Shown one piece after another: positions 40,169-48,300 of a stretch of 64,000 bases of DNA; the first letter of the stretch is position 1, and each line of letters opens with the position of its first letter. The stretch spans positions 27,977,823 through 28,041,822 of the forward strand of contig NC_068988.1 in assembly GCF_001194135.2 (NCBI RefSeq). The letters are read 5' to 3'. The translations under genes and the position numbers were made by a program. The notes beneath the pieces are model-generated. The model worked only from the letters and a program-made list of their open reading frames with translations. It made no database searches and was not told the DNA's origin. The DNA is from Octopus bimaculoides. Its lineage: Eukaryota.

Positions 40169-43100
40169 ACTGTGTGGTTATGAAGCTTGCTTTGCAACCA
40201 TGCGGTTTCAGGTTCAGTCCCACGACATGACACTTTGAGTAAGTGTCATCTACTATAGCCACATGCTGACCAATGCCTTGTCAGCGAATTTGGTTGATAG
40301 AAGTGTGTGGGTGTGTGAGTCTCCCTCGCTTGTTGACAACCAGTGTTGGTTTATTTACATCCCCATGACAGTTGTTCAGCAAAAGAGACCAATGGAATAA
40401 GTACCCAACTTGAAAATAAGTACCTGGGTTAATTTGGTACCCCAGCATGGCCGCTCTCCAATGACTGAAACAAAAGAATCAAAAATAAAAACATATGCAT
40501 GTGTGTGTCGGTGGAGTGCTGTTTGTATGCATTCACATATTTATGCACTTATATTAAATATTTTGGCTTCAAATTTCTGGTACAAGGCCAACAAGTTCGA
40601 GGGGAAGGGTAAATCAATTACATTGACCCCCCCAGGGTTCAACTGGTACTTATTCTATTGATCTTGAAAGGATGAAAGGCAAAGTCGGTCTTGGTGAAAT
40701 TTGAACTCGGCTCATAAAGACTAGCGAAATGCTGCTAAGAATTTTGTCCAGTGTGCTAACCAGGGCTGTGGAGTCAAAACAAAAAGCTTTGACTCATGCT
40801 CCTCTTTATGGAATTAAGTGATTGTGGTCAACATATCTCATAAAGCATACGCTTGTACTTTGAGTAGGCCTATAGGTTATAACTGGTTTATATTAAAGAT
40901 ACACTCTCGGAGTGGTTGGCGTTAGGAAGGGCATCCAGCTGTAGAAACTCTGCCAGATCAGATTGGAGCTTGGTGCAGCCTTCTGGCTTGCTAGTCCTCA
41001 ATCAAATCGTCCAACCCATGCTAGCTTGGAAAGCGGACGTTAAACGATGATGATGAACAAAGATATTGTGAGTGGGAGTTGGTATAGTTTTACCGACTCT
41101 GACTCCAGTAACCCCTTAATTGTTTCTGACTCCACGACTCCAACTCTACAGACCTGGTGCTAATGATTCTGCCAGCTCACTGCCTTATTTTGAAACAGAA
41201 ATGATAAATCCTCTTGTTACAGTAATGAAAATATTTCTTTTCTTTTACCTGTTGATTTTGACATAAAAATTATCAGGTTTATTATGTACACTGTTTAATT
41301 TGTCAGACTGGTGTCTTTGTCTTAATTGTTGTTTTCACTACATTTCAGTTGTTGTACGCTCCAGCCTTCTTCAGGAGTTTTGTGTTGATTTCAGTTGTTG
41401 TATCAGAATTTCGAACCTATCCCTTGATTTGATCTACAGGGGTCCACTGTTCTCATTCCACTCTCTTGATCAAATAAAGGATTACGTTTGAAATTCCAAT
41501 ACAACAAAGTTCAACACAGCACCCCCAAAGAAGGCTGAAGCGTACAATAGCCAAAACGTAATGAAACCAATTGTCAAGATAAGGACACCAGTTTGACTAA
41601 TATAGACAATATACATAATATAAATTCCTGCTTTCAGAAATATAGAATTGTATCTGGTTTATATTGTTGGTTTCTAACAAATAAGTTTGGCAGATTAAAA
41701 TTGTTTTGTTTTTGTTGCTTTTCAATTTTACGACTGGTGTGAAAATATGTTTTATATACCTTTATTTGTTGTTCATATCCATGCCACAGGCCACCGAGTT
41801 ATTTCTCTTAGTTCATTTTTATTTAGACTATGTAAATTACCTTGGCCATAAATGTGTTCTACTCTGTTTTGTATAAGTCTAAGTCCCATGGCTATTGTAG
41901 TTAAGGTCAAAGAATTGTCATACTGATGAGTTATTAAGCCAGAAGCACAAGCCTACTGTTGTTCTTTTATCTCCCAGACAATAAGCCTGACCATTTCGTT
42001 AATGCAAGGGTTGGTGAACTGGAGTAAATCACCCAAAGTGGGATAAAAATGAAATTCTTGAGGTTAATGAGGACTCGTTAGACATATGTAAAATTATATT
42101 AAAAATGTGTTCTTCGTTACAACAGAAATTTTTCTTGTGGCAACCCTGCATCTGTGCAATGTAATGCATTCATATACATTGATTCAATAAACCTTTCGGA
42201 TTCAAAGAATCTATGATTTTCTTCCTTTCAAACCAAGGGCTGACATCAGCGTAAATAAATATATTTTGGGGTAATTGGTTAAAAAAGTTCCCCGACCCCT
42301 GCCTTAATGGCATGTCAACTTAAGAGGTCTTGATTATCAAAATTATCTCTCTCTTTTCATGTAGAGCTGCTCTCAATTGCTGTTTGGTAATTATGATACA
42401 TTGTTTAGAGGTGACGATAACGNNNNNNNNNNNNNNNNNNNNNNNNNNNNNNNNNNNNNNNNNNNNNNNNNNNNNNNNNNNNNNNNNNNNNNNNNNNNNN
42501 NNNNNNNNNNNNNNNNNNNNNNNNNNNNNNNNNNNNNNNNNNNNNNNNNNNNNNNNNNNNNNNNNNNNNNNNNNNNNNNNNNNNNNNNNNNNNNNNNNNN
42601 NNNNNNNNNNNNNNNNNNNNNNNNNNNNNNNNNNNNNNNNNNNNNNNNNNNNNNNNNNNNNNNNNNNNNNNNNNNNNNNNNNNNNNNNNNNNNNNNNNNN
42701 NNNNNNNNNNNNNNNNNNNNNNNNNNNNNNNNNNNNNNNNNNNNNNNNNNNNNNNNNNNNNNNNNNNNNNNNNNNNNNNNNNNNNNNNNNNNNNNNNNNN
42801 NNNNNNNNNNNNNNNNNNNNNNNNNNNNNNNNNNNNNNNNNNNNNNNNNNNNNNNNNNNNNNNNNNNNNNNNNNNNNNNNNNNNNNNNNNNNNNNNNNNN
42901 NNNNNNNNNNNNNNNNNNNNNNNNNNNNNNNNNNNNNNNNNNNNNNNNNNNTATATATGTATGTATCTATATTAATATTAGTGTGTTTATGCATGCATGT
43001 GTATGTCTGTTTATGTAATATCGTTTTTCTTCTTTTCTTTTTCAGGCCTCCTGCTGCTTGCTCAAGGAAATCAACTCGCAAAACTGCTGACACCACCACA

Positions 43101-43784
43101 TGTAGCATGTCACTTGGACTGGCTGCTATCCTTAATGAACGAGGCCTTTGTGATACGTGGAAGTTTGGGCTGCGGTGCAAAGGTAATTCTGTGAGTCCAG
43201 GTGGTGATGGAACCAGTAGTGATGATTCTCACAGTGGAATTTACACTCGGTCGGGCGGTTCAAGCAGTGATGCCACCCCGACTCACTTCTATCGGAAGAA
43301 GAAATCCAGTAGTGAAGTTAAAGAAACTAAAGATGATGGCAATGCTAATAGTTCTTCAGTAGATGCCTTGGACAGCTCAAGTGAAGTTGGGGCCAAAACC
43401 CAATCTGCAGGGGCATCATTTCTGAGTACTTTAAAATCTAAAGGGTTTTCAATTTATGGTATTTTATCATCATCATCATCAGCATCAACAGAAAACAATA
43501 ACTCTGTAGGAGAAGCAATCACAACTGACTCTTCTATTGATAGTACGCTAAAGTGCACTACTGCAACAGATGGTGCAGCCAGTCCTACTTCTACCGCCAC
43601 TACCACCACCACCACCACTAACAACACCACTATCATCAATGACAACAACAACAGCAGCAGAGATAGCAACCGCAGCAATAACAACAGTTCACCATCAGCA
43701 ACAACAGCGAATGACATTGCATTAGGAAAGTCTGGTGGTGTTCTCGGTGCCATCACGTCGTTAAGGCAAGGTGGTATCCTATAG
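1319..43784 (+). CDS. TRAK1: Milton/TRAK1-2 family trafficking kinesin-binding protein, spliced, 5'-incomplete (join 1319-1419,7342-7435,9057-9135,12382-12512,14033-14107,14819-15036,16245-16463,24584-24760,25949-26088,28264-28410,29702-29834,[31892-31978],43046-43784)
   Basis: All exons are bounded by AG/GT with matching phases and give one open frame. Motifs match TRAK/Milton as I recall them: [104 protein letters not shown]. Assignment to TRAK1 versus TRAK2 is not meaningful for an invertebrate single orthologue. Confidence 0.93.
2785..3470 (-). mobile_element. Tandem SINE family A copies separated by (AAT)n
   Basis: Repeated gaaaggatgaaaggcaaagtc...gaatttgaactcagaa...ccgcctt; on the minus strand a tRNA-like head with B-box-like GAGTTCAAATT. 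Confidence 0.8.
2998..3108. repeat. (AAT)n microsatellite
   Basis: Directly visible. Confidence 0.98.
3850..4560 (+). mobile_element. Degraded LINE ORF2 C-terminal fragment (CR1/L2/jockey-like reverse transcriptase)
   Basis: LGLTITGSLFW...ASQRLALLFRARRYL..QLLIFYKTQLRPRMEY.SH.W, followed by a frameshifted DRVQKRA-type motif; typical post-RT region. Confidence 0.8.
7342..7435 (+). CDS. TRAK1: TRAK exon: VKSFNLSSINVDNLKKKVRLLEDDNLQLRLE
   Basis: tctctctgaag| acceptor, GAG|gtaaga donor, phase 2 to 0; coiled-coil heptads. Confidence 0.92.
7652..7889 (+). mobile_element. SINE family A copy nested in a family C SINE (~7505-8125)
   Basis: ggctggcagaaacgttagcacgcc...gagttcaaattctgcc head; it splits a C-type head from its tail. 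Confidence 0.8.
9057..9135 (+). CDS. TRAK1: TRAK exon: [26 protein letters not shown]
   Basis: ctcttacag| acceptor, G|gtaagg donor, phase 0 to 1; YEEKE..LV.DC motif. Confidence 0.93.
10300..10517 (-). mobile_element. SINE family A, full length with 15-bp TSD
   Basis: TSD attcagttcaacata at 10285-10299 and 10518-10532. Confidence 0.88.
11190..11600 (-). mobile_element. Internally deleted RTE-clade LINE derivative
   Basis: Minus strand reads TAQDQEQ*KK/VTDGLCSMG, resembling the RTE ORF2 C-terminus AQDR..W...V.GLCS. It is joined to an RTE 5'-region-like segment (gccagcaaccctacctaaaaa). Confidence 0.55.
12382..12512 (+). CDS. TRAK1: TRAK exon: (A)[43 protein letters not shown]
   Basis: tttgtag| acceptor, GAG|gtgtgt donor, phase 1 to 0; lies within ORF 12354-12557. 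Confidence 0.93.
14033..14107 (+). CDS. TRAK1: TRAK exon: VSVENLDYSKKLEAFKDTQHKLAKE
   Basis: Long pyrimidine tract ...cattccag| acceptor, GAA|gtgagt donor, phase 0 to 0. Confidence 0.9.
14819..15036 (+). CDS. TRAK1: TRAK exon: LSEWQDRYDELLELFEEVQDELRTLRRK...[26 protein letters not shown]
   Basis: attttcag| acceptor, AG|gtaaat donor, phase 0 to 2; end of HAP1_N and DSLA.E.E motif. Confidence 0.93.
15930..16144 (-). mobile_element. SINE family A, full length with 17-bp TSD
   Basis: TSD caagttgtgttaaaaat at 15913-15929 and 16145-16161. Confidence 0.88.
16245..16463 (+). CDS. TRAK1: TRAK exon: IHNWKIFETARAAKK...SDGYNADLDSMS(G)
   Basis: cattctag| acceptor, GG|gtaagg donor, phase 2 to 2; 'FET' motif; within ORF 16105-16467. 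Confidence 0.9.
19065..19225. repeat. Compound (TA)n/(TG)n microsatellite; similar arrays at ~20460-20610, 24890-24957, 29385-29425, 36770-36845, 39200-39245, 45285-45345
   Basis: Directly visible. Confidence 0.95.
21529..21735 (+). mobile_element. Mariner-derived MITE
   Basis: TIRs agggggtactgaaaagttcctg / caggaacttttcagcaccccct (21 of 22 match); internal NKCVILKGEYVE* resembles the mariner transposase C-terminus. Confidence 0.8.
24584..24760 (+). CDS. TRAK1: TRAK exon: [37 protein letters not shown][KSSSDSSKENEKTQISLDPTF]; 3' boundary uncertain (24693 or 24760)
   Basis: ctatacag| acceptor in phase 2; [13 protein letters not shown] motif. The donor at 24760 (AG|gttggc) keeps frame with the next exon; the stronger GTAAGA donor at 24693 does not. 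Confidence 0.85.
25949..26088 (+). CDS. TRAK1: TRAK exon: DGFSTPMLSGTPES...[13 protein letters not shown](G)
   Basis: tatttcag| acceptor, G|gtaagg donor, phase 2 to 1; PEKLQIVKP motif. Confidence 0.93.
26196..26727 (+). mobile_element. Family D retroelement 3' end with (GAT)n tail; other copies at 38400-38617(-), 40901-41058(+), 54140-54305(+), 55555-55950(-), 58578-58855(-), 60772-61325(-), 63600-63920(+)
   Basis: Shared ...gttggcgttaggaagggcatccagctgtagaaactctgcc...ccatgctagcatggaaagcggacgttaaacgatgatgat; 5' ends vary (truncation). Confidence 0.8.
28264..28410 (+). CDS. TRAK1: TRAK exon: (G)[48 protein letters not shown]
   Basis: ttattgcag| acceptor, G|gtcagt donor, phase 1 to 1; HWQQLAQP and RPGV motifs. 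Confidence 0.94.
28565..28760. mobile_element. hAT (Charlie-like) terminal fragment
   Basis: caggggttttcaaactgtagtccgcggacc...gggtccgc is a typical hAT terminus; the second TIR was not found. Confidence 0.6.
29702..29834 (+). CDS. TRAK1: TRAK exon: (D)DYQLCHSKRFAESSTIYTYTDSMVMHPSDQVYLDEKQSDNNSS
   Basis: catctgcag| acceptor, AT|gtaagt donor, phase 1 to 2; T.T.T...HPSD motif. Confidence 0.9.
31892..31978 (+). CDS. TRAK1: Probable symmetric 87-nt cassette exon: KRLWDLERKKAKDRKLLQKPKHGNKDMG
   Basis: ttcttgttttctgtcacag| acceptor, GA|gtgagt donor, phase 2 to 2 matching its neighbours, no stops; no homology support. Confidence 0.6.
33486..33697. mobile_element. piggyBac-type MITE
   Basis: TTAA|CCCTTT...ATGGG|TTAA with imperfect TIRs; a related left end lies at ~59152-59270. 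Confidence 0.7.
35914..36126 (+). mobile_element. SINE family A variant
   Basis: Family A head; flanked by an identical 20-mer aaatttgaaaccactattat (35894-35913, 36127-36146). Confidence 0.75.
36501..36718. mobile_element. piggyBac-type MITE (second family)
   Basis: TTAA|cccttttgttacca ... tggtatcgaaaggg|TTAA. Confidence 0.75.
39361..39500. repeat. Tandem duplication, 2 x 70 bp, one mismatch
   Basis: accttatcaataatg...tttcatatgc repeated head to tail. Confidence 0.97.
40761..41156. mobile_element. hAT-type MITE
   Basis: TIRs cagggctgtggagtc / ...ctctacagacctg, with internal gactcc repeats; 8-bp TSD gtgctaac/gtgctaat. Confidence 0.75.
41281..41620. mobile_element. Palindromic (fold-back) element with Penelope-like terminal motif in both arms
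   Basis: Arms ~41302-41416 and ~41486-41597 are imperfect reverse complements around a ~70-bp spacer. Confidence 0.6.
43046..43784 (+). CDS. TRAK1: TRAK terminal coding exon: PPAACSRK...[14 protein letters not shown]...GVLGAITSLRQGGIL*
   Basis: Long pyrimidine tract ...ttttcag| acceptor in phase 2; GLA..L.ERG motif; 246 codons to TAG. Confidence 0.9.
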
Positions 43785-45298
43785 TCAGTGCAGGAATCTT
43801 TTGTGCCATAAACTATGCATTTTTAGAACAATATCAACAACAACAACAACTGCTATCTTTATCAATGGCCTCTGTATAAAACAACACAACAAGCAGAACA
43901 AACACTTGTTATATATAACCGAGAATGTCAATTTAGTTACAATAGAAATTATTTAAACAAATCTTTTCAGACACTGCTGGGTTCTTTCTTTTTCTGTTTT
44001 TTTTTTCCATTTTAATCTAGTTTTCTTTTGTTTGTAATTTTCTTTATTTCCTTAATTAGAAAATTGGGAGGGTGTTTTTTTTTTATAATTTTTTTTTTTT
44101 ATAGAAAATGAAATTGAATGAGTGTATGTATATAGAAAAATGTAGGGTTATTTTAAAATCGATTATTTGGAACGTATTTTTTAAAAAAATTAAATTTTTT
44201 TTTTTTATTTCATTTTATTTATGACAAACTNNNNNNNNNNNNNNNNNNNNNNNNNNNNNNNNNNNNNNNNNNNNNNNNNNNNNNNNNNNNNNNNNNNNNN
44301 NNNNNNNNNNNNNNNNNNNNNNNNNNNNNNNNNNNNNNNNNNNNNNNNNNNNNNNNNNNNNNNNNNNNNNNNNNNNNNNNNNNNNNNNNNNNNNNNNNNN
44401 NNNNNNNNNNNNNNNNNNNNNNNNNNNNNNNNNNNNNNNNNNNNNNNNNNNNNNNNNNNNNNNNNNNNNNNNNNNNNNNNNNNNNNNNNNNNNNNNNNNN
44501 NNNNNNNNNNNNNNNNNNNNNNNNNNNNNNNNNNNNNNNNNNNNNNNNNNNNNNNNNNNNNNNNNNNNNNNNNNNNNNNNNNNNNNNNNNNNNNNNNNNN
44601 NNNNNNNNNNNNNNNNNNNNNNNNNNNNNNNNNNNNNNNNNNNNNNNNNNNNNNNNNNNNNNNNNNNNNNNNNNNNNNNNNNNNNNNNNNNNNNNNNNNN
44701 NNNNNNNNNNNNNNNNNNNNNNNNNNNNNNNNNNNNNNNNNNNNNNNNNNNNNNNNNNNNNNNNNNNNNNNNNNNNNNNNNNNNNNNNNNNNNNNNNNNN
44801 NNNNNNNNNNNNNNNNNNNNNNNNNNNNNNNNNNNNNNNNNNNNNNNNNNNNNNNNNNNNNNNNNNNNNNNNNNNNNNNNNNNNNNNNNNNNNNNNNNNN
44901 NNNNNNNNNNNNNNNNNNNNNNNNNNNNNNNNNNNNNNNNNNNNNNNNNNNNNNNNNNNNNNNNNNNNNNNNNNNNNNNNNNNNNNNNNNNNNNNNNNNN
45001 NNNNNNNNNNNNNNNNNNNNNNNNNNNNNNNNNNNNNNNNNNNNNNNNNNNNNNNNGACCCAACCCTTCTATTCTGCTGCCTCCTATTAAAATAATTCTA
45101 TTTCTTAAACAAATAAGTTTAATTAGATATGAAATGCCATTTGAAATTTTGTACTCTTTTTATTTTTTTAAGGGAAAAGTTAACATTTTCCACGTATTGC
45201 TATATTAATATATAGTAGGGACTGCATAAAATGTCCAGCAAAATACTAAAAATTGAGAATATTTTCATGCAGATCCTGATGTGTGTGTGTTTGTTTGC

Positions 45299-45347
<49 letters not shown>

Positions 45348-48300
45348 CTTTTTAAATAGTCTTGAATTTAAGATTATAATGTACTGTAAATTTAATTCAG
45401 AATTTCAGCTAATCAGTGAACTTGGAATAAGTTTTACTTCTTGAAAATGGAATATTTTGTAATTAAAGCCATTAATAATGGCAGATTAAAAATATTAAGC
45501 AAGGCAGATTGAAATTATTAATCATAACAAATATAAAAAATTTTTTAAAGGTTTTGTGTTTATGTAATTTTGTTTATGCCTTTAACATGTAACCTTTTCA
45601 TAAATTATGATAATTTTCTTCTGGTGTACTCATATATCTTAGCATATCTCTGGCATGTATCTGTGCAGCTGAAGAGGCTTTGTTTTGTTACATCAGTTAG
45701 TTATAACTAGACCACTGTAGTCTACTTATATACTTCTTATCATAGGAGAGGGATAGCAAGCACTCTTTTTAAGTGATTCTAAGTCTAAGGAATGCTGTTG
45801 CTTTTGCTATATCAATCTAAAGCAGTTTCTCTCTTGCAAAAGTCTGCAAACTCAGCGCAATGATAAAAATCTGCTTCAAACTTTTGTATGATTGACAATT
45901 CATTTATTGTAATTCTCATAATTTAGGTAAATTTGAGCAAAGTATATCAAAATGAAGCTGATTGAATTTTGAATATATATATAGCTTAAATTGATTAAAT
46001 CAGCTCTTTATTTGAATCCAAAATTTTGATGTCATTAAAATATTAATGAGACAATCCCTAACTTTTGTCAAATAAAGTTAATGAACGCTTACCAGAGAAA
46101 ATTATTAATAAAAATAATTCTCTGTTCACAAAAACTGAATTGTATTTATGCAACAAATGTCCGAAACAACTCAATGTTTTAAAGCAGAAATTTATCATGG
46201 TATATAAAATTAAATAATTTGAATATAGTTATATATATAGATAGTTGCAATTTTAAAATTAATAGTACAGATATGGCTGTGTGATTAAGAAGTTTGCTAT
46301 GCAAGCATGTGGTTCTGAGTTCAATACTTCTGCAAGGTGCATTGAACAAATATCTTCTGCTATTTGATCAAAAACCTTGTCAATGGAATTTGAAAGACAG
46401 AAACTGTGCAAAAAGCCCATTGTGTGTGAGTGAGTATATATGTGTGTATGTGTATATAATTATTCCTTGTAAAAGCAATGATTTTTGGGCGACATCCTTC
46501 AAAAATTAAAATGAAACAGTTGAAGCATTTTTTGTTGAGACTATTTTAATGCCAATGAACAAGAATTTCAACAAGTATCTTAGAGCAGAGGCAGTAAGTT
46601 TCTTTTATCCCCACTCAATATTTTATCTTCATTCACTGGAACCTCAAGGCTAGAAAGATGAATCTTAAGTTGAATGTTTTATCATAAATAAGAATTGAGA
46701 TAGAAATAATTTCTTGTACTCATTTCAATACCAGTCGTTATTGCCATTTACAATTCTCCTATAAAATTCTCCTAGCTCAACAGAATTTTAGTTTGCAAAC
46801 TTTATAGCAAACCATAGTAGCAGGATTCTTTATAACTAACATTTCTGCTTGCTGTGCATTAAGAATTTTTTAAGTTAATTTTATGTTTGCTTATTGTAAC
46901 CCTTTAGTTTATTTAATCGTTGTTTGTGTTTGTATTGTTTAAGCAAATATTTAGTTCTTTTTTTTTCTTTCTGATTTCTGCTCTTTCTGTCTATTTTTCT
47001 AAAAATTGCTTGATAATTCAGTGTTTACATATCTTCAAATCATTGGTTAGTGTAAGAGTTCTGGTCCAATTTATGCTTTTTTACTTTTAATACTTTTGAT
47101 TCTAAATGCTGTCTTTCAAATATGATCATAAATTTCTAAATATGATCAACACATAAAATACAAAAAACAAAAAATTCTTTCCAACCAAAAAATATATCCA
47201 AAGTGTTTGTGATAAAATTTAATTCCAAATAAAAACAAAAGTGCTTAATCATGACCAGATTTCTAAGAATATCCTACCATTGATGGAGGAGAGTTGACAG
47301 TGATAACGAACACTGATTATTAGCTTTGAGCTGATTGCTTTTAATTTTTTATAAATTTTCGTTTCTCTCAGAAAGAGCTGAACCTATCAGCAAAGATATA
47401 GGTTTACACACGAAATTCTTTGCACACTCCCTAATCTCCAAGATTACCTTTTTCTGTTGTCCTGATATATTGCAAGCTTCTCTTCCATTTGGTGTTGGTC
47501 TACAAATACAACTTTATTCTCTCTCTCTGTCTTCAATACTAGCACCATTCTCAGGTATTTGGTTGCAAGATTTTTCCTTCTGTTACCCTTTTAGAGATTC
47601 TTTTTTCTGCAGCAAGCGTTTATCAAGCTTGAGGTAACTACTCTCTTTAATATAGCCTATATATTGTCAGAGGATTTAGAATATTTGTTATATCAACAAT
47701 CAGCATTATCTGTATTTGAAAGCTCTAAACCAACTTGTGTTAAAAATCTCCAGCACCATTCTCTGATATTTGGTTGAGAGATTTCCCTTTCTGCTACCCT
47801 TAGATTTAATTTTGTAGCTACCCTAATTTTCAACCCTCTACCTCACATTTCTCTATGTTGCATAGTCCTTCCTTTTGTGTCTCTGGATTTGCAAGTTTTA
47901 AGCTTAGCTATTCCTCCAATGCATTCCCAAGCAGGTTTCTCTGAATTTATCTAAAACTGATATAAAGATGAATTCAGTTTCATTTCTTCTTTTTTCTTCT
48001 CCTTTTAACCTCTAGAAATATTGTACCTGTATAAGGAATGAGTTACCCTTAGTGTTCTTAGTATGATTAACAGAATATTTACTAATAACTGAATGAGGTA
48101 AACTATCATTTAAGGTAATTTGTCGTTCTAGAGCTATTTCTATTTTTATACAGATAATCTATAAAAGCCACACTTCTTCGATAAATTGTTATCCACATTG
48201 TTGCCATTGAACCTTAATACTTTCATTGGTTTCACTTAAATTCCATGCCTCTATTTTTCCCTAATAACTGCTTGTGAAGATCCTAATACATTAATGTTGT

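Noticed and set aside
38485-45090. Long ORFs of 144-484 aa containing X runs
   Set aside because: Artefacts of N gaps; only 43046-43784 is a real exon.
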